Notes: a model not told the origin generated them from the sequence alone. A DNA stretch of 64,000 bases from Patescibacteria group bacterium (GCA_041653675.1 JBAZEY010000002.1:12315-76314); one strand, 5' to 3'. Counted from the first letter of the stretch, positions 1-9,571 are shown. Numbers and translations: made by a program.

Positions 1-128
1 AACGATAACCGCGCGATTACCATTTTTAATAAAATCCAAAATCGCCCGACGAAAATTTTTTAAAAAAATCGTGTCCACTTCGTCTGGCACGATAACCGAT
101 CCGCCAAGAGAAACGATCAATGTTTTCA
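1..128 (-). CDS. Partial (N-terminal ~42 aa) amino-acid-kinase family protein (UMP kinase / isopentenyl-phosphate kinase-like); gene continues beyond window edge
   Basis: Reverse translation from the ATG at 126-128 gives MKTLIVSLGGSVIVPDEVDTIFLKNFRRAILDFIKNGNRAVIV. The LGGSV glycine-rich N-terminus is typical of the amino-acid kinase fold. Confidence 0.4.
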
Positions 129-159
129 TGATTTATAAATAATTTTTTTAACGTCACGG

Positions 160-285
160 CTAAATTTTCTTTTTAGCATAAATTTTATCTCTCTTCGCCC
201 TTTCTGCGGCCATAACTTTAAACGGCGACGGAGTACGATACCGCGTTCTTCCCTTTCCACACCTGGCGCAAGAATATTTTTTCAT
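160..285 (-). CDS. Small 41-aa basic CxxC protein (MKKYSCARCGKGRTRYRTPSPFKVMAAERAKRDKIYAKKKI); start codon abuts hairpin element copy 1
   Basis: Manual translation; not in the ORF track because it is under 60 aa. The ATG sits directly next to the end of the 130-bp element. Confidence 0.3.
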   Translation of the reverse strand: MKKYSCARCGKGRTRYRTPSPFKVMAAERAKRDKIYAKKKI

Positions 286-286
286 A

Positions 287-416
287 CCCCGTAGTAGAAA
301 TTTGACTTGTATTTTACAATACAAATCTTAATAGTATATTAATTTTTATTATAAATAATACTTATTGCCAAAACATCTAGTCGCCGCTGACGACTTGTCA
401 AATTTTCACTACGGGG
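287..416. repeat. 130-bp hairpin element copy 1: terminal inverted repeats CCCCGTAGTAGAAATTTGAC ... GTCAAATTTTCACTACGGGG, inner GC hairpin GTCGCCGCTGACGAC, flanked by CATA direct repeats (283-286 and 417-420)
   Basis: Read directly from the sequence. Shares its termini with the copies at 12169-12299 and 52870-52999. Confidence 0.7.
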
Positions 417-423
417 CATAAAT

Positions 424-1017
424 TTAAAATGTTTTTTCTACTCCGCCCACGGTAATTACCGCTCCGCCAATTTTAGAAAACTCTTTCGCGGTTTGGAAAA
501 GCTGCGCCTTAAACATTTCGGCCCGACAATTATCCGCGCCCAAAACAAATACTTCTGGAGAAAAATCAATATACGCCATGCCGATCATAATTTTGACACT
601 ATTGATTTTTACTGTGTCCCCATCGTACGGCGCCTGGCCTGACTCATTTTTTTTCTGCTCACGGTAATTTATCATTTCTTCTTTACTCGGTAAGGCGGAA
701 TAATAACCTTGCGCTGCCTCAGCGGCAGTTGGACCAAGCAAAATTTCTTCAAACGCCCGGCGCTTTACAATAAGATCGTTCGGAACTGTTCGCTCTGTCG
801 GAAAAACTGCTTTACAGTCGTTTGAATTTTTATTCAAATTTTTATTGCCAAAAAATATTCTTACCGTCGTTTCTTTCGCTTCAACCTTTTTTGCTTCCTG
901 AACTGCATTTTTCAAATCAGCGCTAGCTTCTTTCATACCGCCAATATAACCAAAAAGCATCGCTCCTGCTGCGGCGGTTGAAATGATAATAAAAACTATT
1001 GCGATCTTCTTTTTCAT
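424..1017 (-). CDS. Secreted/lipoprotein with GerMN-like domain
   Basis: N-terminal signal/TM MKKKIAIVFIIISTAAAGA. The LLGPT...GYYSALP motif and C-terminal pattern resemble the GerMN domain. Confidence 0.4.
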   Translation of the reverse strand: MKKKIAIVFIIISTAAAGAMLFGYIGGMKEASADLKNAVQEAKKVEAKETTVRIFFGNKNLNKNSNDCKAVFPTERTVPNDLIVKRRAFEEILLGPTAAEAAQGYYSALPSKEEMINYREQKKNESGQAPYDGDTVKINSVKIMIGMAYIDFSPEVFVLGADNCRAEMFKAQLFQTAKEFSKIGGAVITVGGVEKTF

Positions 1018-1136
1018 AATTAAATATGAAACCGATTTGACTTTCTCCTAATATTATTTTAATCTGAATTTAAACTTCGGGCAATGGCGGCATATAAATA
1101 ATCTCGGGGAGGGATGGAAAAGGAGGGCTGGAGATT

Positions 1137-1262
1137 ATGCGCGAGGTTCTTGAAATTCTTGGCGGTGGCCTTCTGATCTTGGTACTTGCGGTCATGGCGG
1201 CAGCGCCGCTCTTCCTGCCGACTTTCCTGAAATATATCCAGGAGGAAAAGAACGAACAGTAG
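1137..1262 (+). CDS. 41-aa single-TM peptide (MREVLEILGGGLLILVLAVMAAAPLFLPTFLKYIQEEKNEQ) with strong SD AAAAGGAGG
   Basis: Manual translation. GC-rich codons and an AAGGAGG ribosome-binding site 9 nt upstream of the ATG. Not in the ORF track because it is under 60 aa. Confidence 0.35.
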   Translation: MREVLEILGGGLLILVLAVMAAAPLFLPTFLKYIQEEKNEQ

Positions 1263-1325
1263 TTCAACGACAAAAAGGAGGGTCAAAAGCTCATGGCAAT
1301 CGCCGTGGGCTTTCTTTTTTAATCT

Positions 1326-3251
1326 TTATCCGGCACTTGATCCGCCTCCGCCTCCACCTCCGCCGGCTCCCCCGCCTCCGCCAAATCCAGACGAACCAGA
1401 CGGACTGCTGTAGCTGACGACGGAATTCATATGTGAAGTCACACCCGCTAAAGAATTTGCAAAAATAACACTATTAAAACTGCTAAACGGCGTGGAACTT
1501 TGATACCAATCCGGCTGTGTTTTATAGATATCAGCAAATCTCTCCGCCCATTTTTGTTCCACCCCTAAAACTATGGCGTAAGATAAATATTTTTCAAATG
1601 TTTCCGGAGTACACGCCCCAAGTCTGAATCTTTCCGCAACTTGCAAATATTCCCTGAAGCCAAGCGCGTGCCATTTTACCTCAACTCCTTTTTCTGTAAG
1701 CGGCGGGGGTTTAATAACTAAATAAATAAACCATAAACCTAGCGAGATTAAAATTGCTGCTAACATTGAAAAAGAAAAATTAGGAAATAACGCTACGACC
1801 ATTGAAATAAAAATACCGGCTGCGAATAATACCAACAAAAAACTCATTTCACGAGCCAGGGGCATAGATCTAAAATATCCTTTTTCTTTGACCAATTTTT
1901 CCAAAACTTCTTTCGGTAACTTGGTAATCATTTTTTGAAAAGAAGTTTTGCTCGCCATATCTCGCAGATCGCTTAACTCAACTGTCTCGCCTGCTCCGAA
2001 AATTGCTTCTAAAAATTCTGCTTCGTAATCGGAGAGACTGGAATCACCCGCAAACTCCTTTCTCTTCGTTAGCGAATATTTTTTACTTTTCACCCATAAA
2101 GTTTTTTCTTCTCGCTCAGAAATTTTTAAATAACCGCGATAGGCCAGATCGATTAGCGTGGCCGTGAAGTCTTTAGAGCGGACGCTATTATAGACAAGTC
2201 CGCCCACTTCAGCCGGAAGCAATTTCGCCGGTGGATCGTATTGGGCAATAATCGTTTTTTTAAGTTTTGGCGCGCTTTGGTATTTCTTAAAAAGAAAAAT
2301 CCCGAGCAGAATCGGAATGAGATAACTCAATTTATCTAAAACATAAAACCACGTTGTTTTTTCCAGTTTAAAATCAGAGGTTATAATTTTTCCTGTTTCA
2401 AGCTTAATAGTTTTTTCTTTTTCTCCCGTAATTTCCCAACCAAATTTTTCTAGAGAAATTTTGTGCTCACCCAAAGAAATTTCATAATTTTCTTCAAGCA
2501 CCGCCGGGGTACGAAGATTGGTTTTTTCTCCGTCCAAAATTACCGCCGCCCCCTCGGGTTCAGAATTAACTTTCAAAACTCCGGCAGAGAAAACGATTCC
2601 TTTGGGCCAACCGGCGACAATCGTAAAATTTTCATAAGCCGGAATATCGCTCCCCCAAAATTTAAGAGTTTTTCCATCAATAATTTCGTAAGTTTCCGAA
2701 GTAGTCTTGGCTCCCGTTGCTCCGACATAAAGCATCTGTTTTAAATCACTAACCTCCGCTGCGCTCGGCAGATGAACTAAAACTTCCACTTCTCCGATTG
2801 GCACATCGCGATTCTCGGAAACCGCGTTCCAATAAAGTTCGTCATAGTCGAGAAAATATCCCAGACCGCCATGCACCTTATACTCAAATGTCCAAGTTTT
2901 TTGTGTGTCAACTAAATCAAAATTAATTTTAATAATAACCTGAGACGTATTTTCCGTTATTTCTATTTCCGGCGGTGCGAGTTCTCGGCCATCTTCATCA
3001 AAAACTTTTATATCACTAACCGCCCGAACTTTATTTTTAGAAATATCCCTGACCGTCCAGTGAAAATTTCCGTGAAAATTAAAAACCTGTGTTTCGCGAA
3101 CGACAAATGTGCTATCCTCATTTATATTTATATCCGCCGACCATTTTTCAAAATCCCACCATTTACTCGGAGTTTCCTCCGCCAAAACCGAACTGCCGGA
3201 AAATAAAAATAATGTTACTACCGCCGCGAGCAAAAATGCTTTTTTAAACAT
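1326..3251 (-). CDS. DUF2207-family membrane protein (signal peptide, large extracytoplasmic domain, TM helices, Gly-rich C-terminal tail)
   Basis: The architecture, including the terminal GGGGAGGGGGGGGSSAG tail, is typical of DUF2207 proteins. Confidence 0.55.
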   Translation of the reverse strand: MFKKAFLLAAVVTLFLFSGSSVLAEETPSKWWDFEKWSADININEDSTFVVRETQVFNFHGNFHWTVRDISKNKVRAVSDIKVFDEDGRELAPPEIEITENTSQVIIKINFDLVDTQKTWTFEYKVHGGLGYFLDYDELYWNAVSENRDVPIGEVEVLVHLPSAAEVSDLKQMLYVGATGAKTTSETYEIIDGKTLKFWGSDIPAYENFTIVAGWPKGIVFSAGVLKVNSEPEGAAVILDGEKTNLRTPAVLEENYEISLGEHKISLEKFGWEITGEKEKTIKLETGKIITSDFKLEKTTWFYVLDKLSYLIPILLGIFLFKKYQSAPKLKKTIIAQYDPPAKLLPAEVGGLVYNSVRSKDFTATLIDLAYRGYLKISEREEKTLWVKSKKYSLTKRKEFAGDSSLSDYEAEFLEAIFGAGETVELSDLRDMASKTSFQKMITKLPKEVLEKLVKEKGYFRSMPLAREMSFLLVLFAAGIFISMVVALFPNFSFSMLAAILISLGLWFIYLVIKPPPLTEKGVEVKWHALGFREYLQVAERFRLGACTPETFEKYLSYAIVLGVEQKWAERFADIYKTQPDWYQSSTPFSSFNSVIFANSLAGVTSHMNSVVSYSSPSGSSGFGGGGGAGGGGGGGGSSAG

Positions 3252-3316
3252 AAAATTAAATTAAAATTACTTTCTCAATTATACCAAATTTTCTGCCAAA
3301 AATCCACCGCCAGCTC

Positions 3317-3345
3317 TTGACAAAATCAAAACTAAATGACAAGAT
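3317..3345 (+). promoter_or_regulatory. Sigma70-like promoter TTGACA-17-CAAGAT for module at 3373
   Basis: cTCTTGACAAAA followed by a 17-nt spacer and a -10-like hexamer. The AAAGGAGG ribosome-binding site follows. Confidence 0.4.
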
Positions 3346-3372
3346 AGGGCGAGGGAAAAGGAGGAAACTTCC

Positions 3373-3771
3373 ATGAATCAACCGGAAAATGAACCGGAAT
3401 GCCCGCGGATCATGTACCTGCTTTCGACCTGGCGGCCTTCGTCGGACAAGAAGGCGCCTGATCTCAAGGTGAAAGCCAGCGAAGAACGATGGATCTTCAC
3501 CGACAAAAAAAGGGGCGGCCTAATGTCGTCCAGGGCGAAGGCCAAACGGAGGATCGAAGAAACCAGGAAGAAGCTTCCGCCTGGTTGGGAACTCAAGGTC
3601 ACGGTGGAAGAATTTTCTGTCACACATGGTGCACCGGGATTCGTCCCTGTTCCTTGCCCGAACGCTTCTTGCTCCAAATTCGGCAAGCCCGCCGGACTGT
3701 TCTACTGCGGAACTTGCCGCGAGCCGCTTTCGCCCAAGATGGCCCAAAACGAGATGGAGGAAGAAGGGTAG
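3373..3771 (+). CDS. GC-rich small protein (132 aa) with C-terminal zinc-ribbon motif H..P..CPNASCSKFGKPAGLFYCGTC; paralogous motif in ORF 60790
   Basis: SD aaaggaggaaacttcc-ATG. The composition is GC-rich against AT-rich flanks. An intrinsic terminator follows. Confidence 0.55.
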   Translation: MNQPENEPECPRIMYLLSTWRPSSDKKAPDLKVKASEERWIFTDKKRGGLMSSRAKAKRRIEETRKKLPPGWELKVTVEEFSVTHGAPGFVPVPCPNASCSKFGKPAGLFYCGTCREPLSPKMAQNEMEEEG

Positions 3772-3781
3772 CGCTTCACGA

Positions 3782-3838
3782 ACCCCGAACCGATTGGCTG
3801 AGTCACGACTGACTCGCCGTCGGTTCGGGTCTTTTTTA
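3782..3838 (+). terminator. Rho-independent terminator (ccccgaaccga...tcggttcggg + T-run)
   Basis: Perfect GC-rich stem followed by TCTTTTTT. Confidence 0.6.
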
Positions 3839-3878
3839 AAACAAAACCGGACTCATGATGAGTCCGGAATTTTTAATT

Positions 3879-4205
3879 CTATTCTTTTTTTAATTCTTCC
3901 AAAATTTCCGGCGGAATAGGAATTTCTTTCACCGGACTTATTCCCGGATATCGCCAGGCAACAATAATTTTTTTCTGTCCGCTTTTTCCTTTTTGCCACA
4001 TCACCCAAATTTCGGTCTGCCGTTTTCCTTTACCAACTTTTTGCATCATAGCCACTGTTCCGGCCGCGATCCCCTCTTCGGTCCGGTCTGGCGCGCGAAA
4101 AATCTTTTTGACGCGGCTCGGCGCGAGTCCGTAAAAAAACATTTTGGCAATTGCGTGCTTGGTCCAAAAAAATTCCCTGGTTTCCTTAAACTTTGCCAAA
4201 TCCAT
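3879..4205 (-). CDS. Putative toxin-like small protein (DUF4258-like, TKHA motif)
   Basis: FWTKHAIAKM...GLAPSRVKKI resembles the DUF4258 N-terminus. A minus-strand hairpin terminator (ccggactcatcatgagtccgg) lies at 3846-3875. Weak call. Confidence 0.3.
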   Translation of the reverse strand: MDLAKFKETREFFWTKHAIAKMFFYGLAPSRVKKIFRAPDRTEEGIAAGTVAMMQKVGKGKRQTEIWVMWQKGKSGQKKIIVAWRYPGISPVKEIPIPPEILEELKKE

Positions 4206-4208
4206 AAA

Positions 4209-4424
4209 TTAAACTTTCTTTTCTTTCAAATAATCTTCCCACCTTACCTCCAACGCTTCCATAATTGCTTTAATGTCCTCTTCGGGAGAAATTTTACCCA
4301 ACTCTGTTAATTCACCAATCGCGGCCTCGGCCTCTTCAATAAAGGCTTCGTGGCTTTCGGGTACGGCATAATCAAAACGCGCAAGCAGTTCTTCCCAAAT
4401 TGAATCGATGTCTGGCATTGGCAT
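4209..4424 (-). CDS. Small acidic protein, putative antitoxin partner of 3879..4205
   Basis: 71 aa and acidic. A 3-nt gap to the downstream gene suggests an operon. Confidence 0.3.
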   Translation of the reverse strand: MPMPDIDSIWEELLARFDYAVPESHEAFIEEAEAAIGELTELGKISPEEDIKAIMEALEVRWEDYLKEKKV

Positions 4425-4459
4425 AATTAAATTTTAGATTTAAAATTTTAGATTTAAAA

Positions 4460-4939
4460 TTACGGCGCGGTAAAACGGAAAGTAGAAATTATAAGTTCCC
4501 ATTCCTCAGCTACGGCCGGATCGCTTGGATCAGAATTGTAATCAACCGTCACCCAATTTTTCCCGTTCGGATGTTCTACAATAAAAGCCGGATCGCGGCT
4601 ATAGGTCGCGCGAAATTCACCCTCGCTATCCCAAGTTTCAATTTGTGCCCGATAAGATTGCGTACCCGGAACCGCTTCAATAAAATGTACCAAAGAGTGC
4701 GGCCAGCCGTAAGTATCAAAAATCGTTTTATATTTCGCGGGATATTTCATTTCAATCGCCCACGGAACGCTTTCGTAAACCTCCCAACCAGCGGTCGGAT
4801 CAGACGGCGCATTAACATTTGTCTCGGTCGTCAAAGGCGCATTTGTAGCCTCCTCTTCAGCCGGAAACCACGCGCACCCAGCTCCGGTCAAAATTAATAC
4901 TGCCAAAACCGCCACTGTCGGAAAAATAAATTTTTTCAT
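4460..4939 (-). CDS. Lipoprotein (signal peptide with LTGAGC lipobox), unknown function
   Basis: MKKFIFPTVAVLAVLILTGAGC N-terminus. Confidence 0.5.
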   Translation of the reverse strand: MKKFIFPTVAVLAVLILTGAGCAWFPAEEEATNAPLTTETNVNAPSDPTAGWEVYESVPWAIEMKYPAKYKTIFDTYGWPHSLVHFIEAVPGTQSYRAQIETWDSEGEFRATYSRDPAFIVEHPNGKNWVTVDYNSDPSDPAVAEEWELIISTFRFTAP

Positions 4940-4964
4940 AAATTAACCATTAATTACTAACTTA

Positions 4965-5360
4965 TTATTTTGTAAGCGCGTTTGTAATCCAGCCAACCAC
5001 CCACAAAATTAATGCTCCTAAAAATGCGGCAACAAAATTTTTGACATCAAAACCTTTAACGATTGACGAGACGAGCCATAACATCAAAGCGTTAATCACG
5101 AGCGTAAAAAGTCCAAGAGTCAAAATATTTACTGGCAGGGTCAATAAAATTATAAGCGGCCTAATCACGGCATTTACCAAACCCAAAACGAGCGCAGCAA
5201 GCAACGCCGAGTAAAAATTTTTCACGGAAATACCCGGCACGACGTAGGTTAAAAGCATAATCGCTACGGCATAAATTAGCCAACGAATAAGGATACCCAT
5301 AAATTTTATGTTATTTATTAATTCTTCTTTAATTTTACCGCTATTGACTTTTAGCGTCAA
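4965..5360 (-). CDS. Phage_holin_4_2-family (4-TM) membrane protein
   Basis: The YVVPGI...ALLAALVLGLVNAVIRPLIILLTLPVNILTLGLFTLVINALMLWL pattern is typical of this family. Confidence 0.5.
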   Translation of the reverse strand: MTLKVNSGKIKEELINNIKFMGILIRWLIYAVAIMLLTYVVPGISVKNFYSALLAALVLGLVNAVIRPLIILLTLPVNILTLGLFTLVINALMLWLVSSIVKGFDVKNFVAAFLGALILWVVGWITNALTK

Positions 5361-5427
5361 TAAATAAAAAATGAAGACAGGTGAAATTTTTTCTCAATAA
5401 GCCCGTTTTAAGATAAAAGGCAATTAT

Positions 5428-5997
5428 ATGGATCGCGAATTAGAGCGACAATTAATCAAAAAAGCCCAGGAAAACGCCGCCGCTTTTGAGGAGTTGTATA
5501 GCCACTATCTCCCTAAAGTATACGGCTTTCTCCTAAATCGCACCGGCCAAAAAGAATTGGCCGAAGATTTGACGTCCGAAGTTTTTGCTAAGGCTCTGGC
5601 CAATATTTCTAAATTCAACGACCGAGGCGTGCCTTTTGCCGCCTGGCTTTTCAGAATAGCAAGAAATACATTAATTGATTGGAGTCGTAAAAAAAGAGAG
5701 ATTCTAACCGACGCCGTGGAAATGTATGAACCAGAACCAGATCATGCGGAGACGGGAGCCGTAGCCGGGCTTGTGCAGGACGAGAGAAAAATATTTATTA
5801 GAAAAACCATGAAAAACCTTCCGGAAAAATATCAGACCGTTTTATCTTTAAAATTTTTTGAGGAATTAGATAATGATGAAATCGCCGATATTCTTGGCTG
5901 CCAAAAAAATGCCGTGGCCGTAAGAGTTCACAGAGCTCTTCGTTTAATGAAAAAGCATCTGATCGGCAATCCTGAATTTTTGGAAATCAATTTTTAA
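5428..5997 (+). CDS. ECF-type RNA polymerase sigma-70 factor
   Basis: Region 2 (YLPKVYGFLLNRTG...AEDLTSEVF) and region 4 (DEIADILGCQKNAVAVRVHRALRLMKK) motifs. Confidence 0.8.
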   Translation: MDRELERQLIKKAQENAAAFEELYSHYLPKVYGFLLNRTGQKELAEDLTSEVFAKALANISKFNDRGVPFAAWLFRIARNTLIDWSRKKREILTDAVEMYEPEPDHAETGAVAGLVQDERKIFIRKTMKNLPEKYQTVLSLKFFEELDNDEIADILGCQKNAVAVRVHRALRLMKKHLIGNPEFLEINF

Positions 5998-6002
5998 TAG
6001 CC

Positions 6003-7871
6003 ATGTTTCAATTTTTAAATAAAAAATCAAAAAAATTCGCCAAGGCCTGGGAAGAAAAAAAACCGGCGGAACTTAAGGCTGAAGAAAAAATACTCTACGC
6101 CCTGGCGGGAAAAATCCAGAATGCGCGGCTCGCGCGGCCAGGAGAAGTTTTAATTTCTGAAATGGAAAAAAATCGCATCAGAGAAAATTTTTATCATAAA
6201 TATTTTGATCTTGTCGGCTCTGAAACACCTGCTCAAAATTTAATAAAGCAGGAAAATGGAGCTAAAGAATCAAGAAAGGAAACTTCTATGACTCTGCCTT
6301 GGAAATTTAGTAAAACGACCCTCGCCTGGGCTGGCGCAGCTGTAATCGTTTTGGCCTTAGCTCTTGGAGTTTATTTTACCCGCGGGCCTGGCGGAACAAA
6401 CGGAATTTTTAACGGAGCTCTCGCGGCGCATCTTTCCGTAGCTGACGGGCAAGTAGAAACCTGGAATGGAAGCGATTGGCAAAAAATAGAAACTGGAACT
6501 ACTATTGCCAGCCAGTCGCAAATCCGAACCGGAGAAAATAGTAAAGCAGTTTTAGAATTTGACGAAGGCAGCGCTCTTCGGCTAGACGAAAACACTCATA
6601 TAATTTTAGAAGAGATCAACAACAAAAATATTTCTGTCGCGCAAGTAGTTGGCGAAACTTATAGCCGCGTTAATAAAACTTCCGGCTTAACTTATAAAGT
6701 AAAATCTGGAGATGCGGAAACAACAGCGCTCGGCACAGCTTTTGGTGTAGCCACGGAAAAATCAAACTGGGTTAAAAAAGGTGAGAAAAAAGTTATTGTT
6801 AAGGTTGTGGAAAGCAAAGTAAAAGTAAAAATCGTAAAAAATGACGAGACATTAGAAAAAGAAGTGAGCGAAGGTGAAGAATTAATTGTTGATATGACAA
6901 AACCGATTGAAGATATTGCGAAAAAAATCCCTTTACCAAAAGAAGAAACCGCGCAAGATGGATTTTATGTCTGGAACCGAACAGAAGACAGCGAAAAATC
7001 TTATCCTCTAGGAGTTCTCTCTGACGTTACTCCGCCGGAAATAAATATCTCCGAACCTTTGGACGGAATTGAAACAGAACTCTACCGTGTTGCTGTCCGC
7101 GGCGCGACCGAAGCCGGAGCAAAAGTTTTTGTGAACGGAACTCTGACGGAAAATAAAGATGGATCCTTCGAAAAAATCATTGATCTAAAAGTTGGCGCGA
7201 ATACGGTTGAAGTGAAAGCAAAAGATGATTCTGGAAATGCTACTACTAAAAAAATTACCGTAACAAAAAAAGGCGAAGTCGTTCAAGCTTCACCGCTCTA
7301 TCTCAAAGGCTGGGCTGATTCCGAGGGCATACATCTTTCATGGTCACTTTCGGGAATTACCGCGCCAAAAGGATTTAAGCTTGTAAAATCACTCACGGCT
7401 TATCCGACTTACCCTGGCGATTCAGCGGTTTATCTAAATCCTGATACCAGAAGCTATCTCTGGCAAATCAATGATGGCAAAACTTGGCACTTCAGAGTTT
7501 GCGTCTACGAAGGCGGCGCCTGCGGTACTTACAGTAATGATTTAAAAATAGTTGCAAAATCAACTAGCACTTCTAGCAATGAAATTTACGGAACTCTTGC
7601 CCTGACCGGTTGGATAAAGACAGGAAAAATAGTCGTTCTCTCCTGGGCGCTTACCGGCAATTCTCCTTACGGATACAAAATAGTAAAATCTCTTGAACCA
7701 AATCCCGTTTATCCCGGCAATGAATATGTTTATCTTTCTTCGCCGGACATGAAAGGCAGCTATACCTGGGACGTTGGAGAGGCTGGCACCTACCATTTCC
7801 GCGTTTGCGCTTATAACGGCGGAGGTGGATGTGTCTTTTACAGCAACGACTATTCGGTAACCGTTCAATAA
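6003..7871 (+). CDS. Anti-sigma factor (single TM, FecR-like domain, large extracytoplasmic region with two repeated Cys-pair domains)
   Basis: Sits immediately downstream of the ECF sigma. TM helix LAWAGAAVIVLALALGVYF. FecR-like block (AVLEFDEGSALRLDENTHI). Two repeats ending WHFRVC.YEGG.CG.YSND. Confidence 0.6.
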   Translation: MFQFLNKKSKKFAKAWEEKKPAELKAEEKILYALAGKIQNARLARPGEVLISEMEKNRIRENFYHKYFDLVGSETPAQNLIKQENGAKESRKETSMTLPWKFSKTTLAWAGAAVIVLALALGVYFTRGPGGTNGIFNGALAAHLSVADGQVETWNGSDWQKIETGTTIASQSQIRTGENSKAVLEFDEGSALRLDENTHIILEEINNKNISVAQVVGETYSRVNKTSGLTYKVKSGDAETTALGTAFGVATEKSNWVKKGEKKVIVKVVESKVKVKIVKNDETLEKEVSEGEELIVDMTKPIEDIAKKIPLPKEETAQDGFYVWNRTEDSEKSYPLGVLSDVTPPEINISEPLDGIETELYRVAVRGATEAGAKVFVNGTLTENKDGSFEKIIDLKVGANTVEVKAKDDSGNATTKKITVTKKGEVVQASPLYLKGWADSEGIHLSWSLSGITAPKGFKLVKSLTAYPTYPGDSAVYLNPDTRSYLWQINDGKTWHFRVCVYEGGACGTYSNDLKIVAKSTSTSSNEIYGTLALTGWIKTGKIVVLSWALTGNSPYGYKIVKSLEPNPVYPGNEYVYLSSPDMKGSYTWDVGEAGTYHFRVCAYNGGGGCVFYSNDYSVTVQ

Positions 7872-7884
7872 TAAAAATAAAATA

Positions 7885-7919
7885 AAACACGGCCCTAAGT
7901 ACCCGGGGCCGTGTTTTTT
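7885..7919. terminator. Bidirectional intrinsic terminator between convergent genes
   Basis: acacggccc / gggccgtgt stem flanked by an A-run and a T-run. Confidence 0.55.
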
Positions 7920-7924
7920 AATTT

Positions 7925-8197
7925 CTATTTTGCTTTTCCCCAAAATGCATCCGCTTCTTTTTCCATTTTATCCAATCTCGTGTAATAATCAGAAAATTCA
8001 TTCAGATGTGCTAGAGCAATTTTCCCAGTCGTAAGCGGATCATCGTTTGTGACATTTGTATCTGGACTTCGAGTGCCGTGTTCCAATTCAACATCCATCC
8101 CCATCCGGAATTGTTCGACATCAAATTTGCTCCAATCGATGCCTAACTCCTCGCCAATTTTTTTCGCCTCATCGGCGGTAAAATTTTCTTTAGCCAT
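7925..8197 (-). CDS. Hypothetical small protein (90 aa)
   Basis: ORF with the conserved-looking VELEHG motif. No confident family. Confidence 0.35.
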   Translation of the reverse strand: MAKENFTADEAKKIGEELGIDWSKFDVEQFRMGMDVELEHGTRSPDTNVTNDDPLTTGKIALAHLNEFSDYYTRLDKMEKEADAFWGKAK

Positions 8198-8198
8198 A

Positions 8199-8849
8199 TT
8201 ATTTTTTCTCCTTTCTATACATTAAATAACTATAAACTGTAGTGATGATCACAACGGTAAACACGCTCGCAATTAAAACGACAAAGCTAGCAACGCTGCC
8301 AAAAAAAGCAGCCACTAAACTCGCTACCCCGGCTAGGACAAAAACCTTCCCGCCAAAATCGTGTGTCTTCTTCCAATTTTCATCCGAAACGAGAGTCCAC
8401 GGCGTCTTAATTCCAATAAAAAAATTTCTTTTAAGTTGTGGCAAAATCCATCCGATAAAACATAAAAGCAAAGAAAATGGAATTGCAAACATCAAGCTTC
8501 CTTGCGGCGGGCTAAAACGGACTGACGAGTAAAGCAAAAATATTTCTAAATATATAAAGAAGAACGCCAGAAAAATTTTAAAGTAAAGATACGGTTTGGC
8601 AAATTTTTCGTAATTTTTGCGAAAGGGGTCAATCAGCGGCAGAAACGACATAAGAAGATATGCCGCGAGAGCAATGCTTGGCATCAAAAATAAATTAATG
8701 TATTTTGATCCCCAACCATCAACCTCTCCCCTAATATTCCAATGTGTCGGCACGCGGTCGGCCATAGCAGGCGCCATATAAATTCCTACTGCGAAAATCA
8801 CAAGAATAAAAAAAATCATCAGCCAGTCTATTTTTCTCCAAAGTTTCAT
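8199..8849 (-). CDS. DUF1648/SdpI-family membrane protein
   Basis: N-terminal DUF1648-like THWNIRGEVDGWGSK followed by multi-TM SdpI-like helices. Confidence 0.45.
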   Translation of the reverse strand: MKLWRKIDWLMIFFILVIFAVGIYMAPAMADRVPTHWNIRGEVDGWGSKYINLFLMPSIALAAYLLMSFLPLIDPFRKNYEKFAKPYLYFKIFLAFFFIYLEIFLLYSSVRFSPPQGSLMFAIPFSLLLCFIGWILPQLKRNFFIGIKTPWTLVSDENWKKTHDFGGKVFVLAGVASLVAAFFGSVASFVVLIASVFTVVIITTVYSYLMYRKEKK

Positions 8850-8905
8850 AAATTTATATTTATTTTTTAACCCATTCCTTTTAAAATTATATCATAATAT
8901 CGCGA

Positions 8906-8934
8906 TTGACAAAAGCGGACCCGTGTTCTAAAGT
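8906..8934 (+). promoter_or_regulatory. Promoter TTGACA-17-TAAAGT for module at 8958
   Basis: gaTTGACAAAAgcggacccgtgttcTAAAGT, with AAAGGAGGG 5 nt before the ATG. Confidence 0.4.
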
Positions 8935-8957
8935 TAAAAACCGGAAAGGAGGGAAAA

Positions 8958-9413
8958 ATGGACAACGAGGAAGAAGGGACGTTTGACGTAGAAGGACGGC
9001 GGGCGTTCGTTAGCCAACAGCTCCAAGATTACCGGATGTGTAACCCCGAGATTCGGCAAATCATCTACAAAATCTGGGGGCTGAACTCAATCCCCCAACG
9101 CCATGATTTCCTGGCGGCGATGTGGCCCCTCTTTCTAGGGCTGAAAAGCGTCACGAAGCTCTTGGGCGAACTCCCGATCATCCAAAAAGCCTCGGCCGAC
9201 CAGACCTGGACTGAACTCTACGAAGCTCCCGACAACGCTTTGGATGGTGAAGACTTCGATGAATTCCGCATCCCCATCGAAGTCGAATTCAAGATGAATC
9301 TGGCAGTATCGGTTAAGTCACCCGACGTCAAGCGGCGGGTCGAGCGTAACTTCGCCATGATTCTCCGGATGATCCAGATCGAACGGGGCGCGAAACCCAA
9401 CTCGTCCGTCTAG
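8958..9413 (+). CDS. GC-rich hypothetical protein (151 aa), self-contained module
   Basis: Strong SD, GC-rich codons and its own terminator. No recognisable family. Confidence 0.5.
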   Translation: MDNEEEGTFDVEGRRAFVSQQLQDYRMCNPEIRQIIYKIWGLNSIPQRHDFLAAMWPLFLGLKSVTKLLGELPIIQKASADQTWTELYEAPDNALDGEDFDEFRIPIEVEFKMNLAVSVKSPDVKRRVERNFAMILRMIQIERGAKPNSSV

Positions 9414-9432
9414 CCAAGGAGGAACACGTACC

Positions 9433-9468
9433 GAGAGGCACCCCACGGGGCAGCCTCTTTTTTATTAT
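9433..9468 (+). terminator. Intrinsic terminator (gaggcaccccacggggcagcctc + T8)
   Basis: Stem-loop followed by TTTTTTATT. Confidence 0.55.
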
Positions 9469-9514
9469 TGAATGAGCGCCAATTACACGAAGTATTTTTC
9501 TAATATTCTTTCCC

Positions 9515-9543
9515 TTGACAAAAAAGATAAAATGATTTAAGAT
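9515..9543 (+). promoter_or_regulatory. Promoter TTGACA-17-TAAGAT for module at 9572
   Basis: ccTTGACAAAAaagataaaatgattTAAGAT, followed by the AAAAGGAGG SD. Confidence 0.45.
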
Positions 9544-9571
9544 TTTTAGTTCCCTCGAAAAGGAGGATGCG

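Noticed and set aside
1059-1286. Two minus-strand ORFs (75 and 67 aa) between the GerMN and DUF2207 genes
   Set aside because: Low-complexity products with no SD. The plus strand carries a better-supported 41-aa TM peptide with a strong SD in the same interval.
2463-2744. Plus-strand ORF antisense within the DUF2207 gene
   Set aside because: Embedded antisense to a well-supported long gene. The product is low-complexity and there is no SD.
3378-3919. Several overlapping ORFs on both strands across the 3373..3771 module
   Set aside because: These are frame artefacts of GC-rich sequence. Only the plus-strand 132-aa frame has an SD, a promoter and a terminator.
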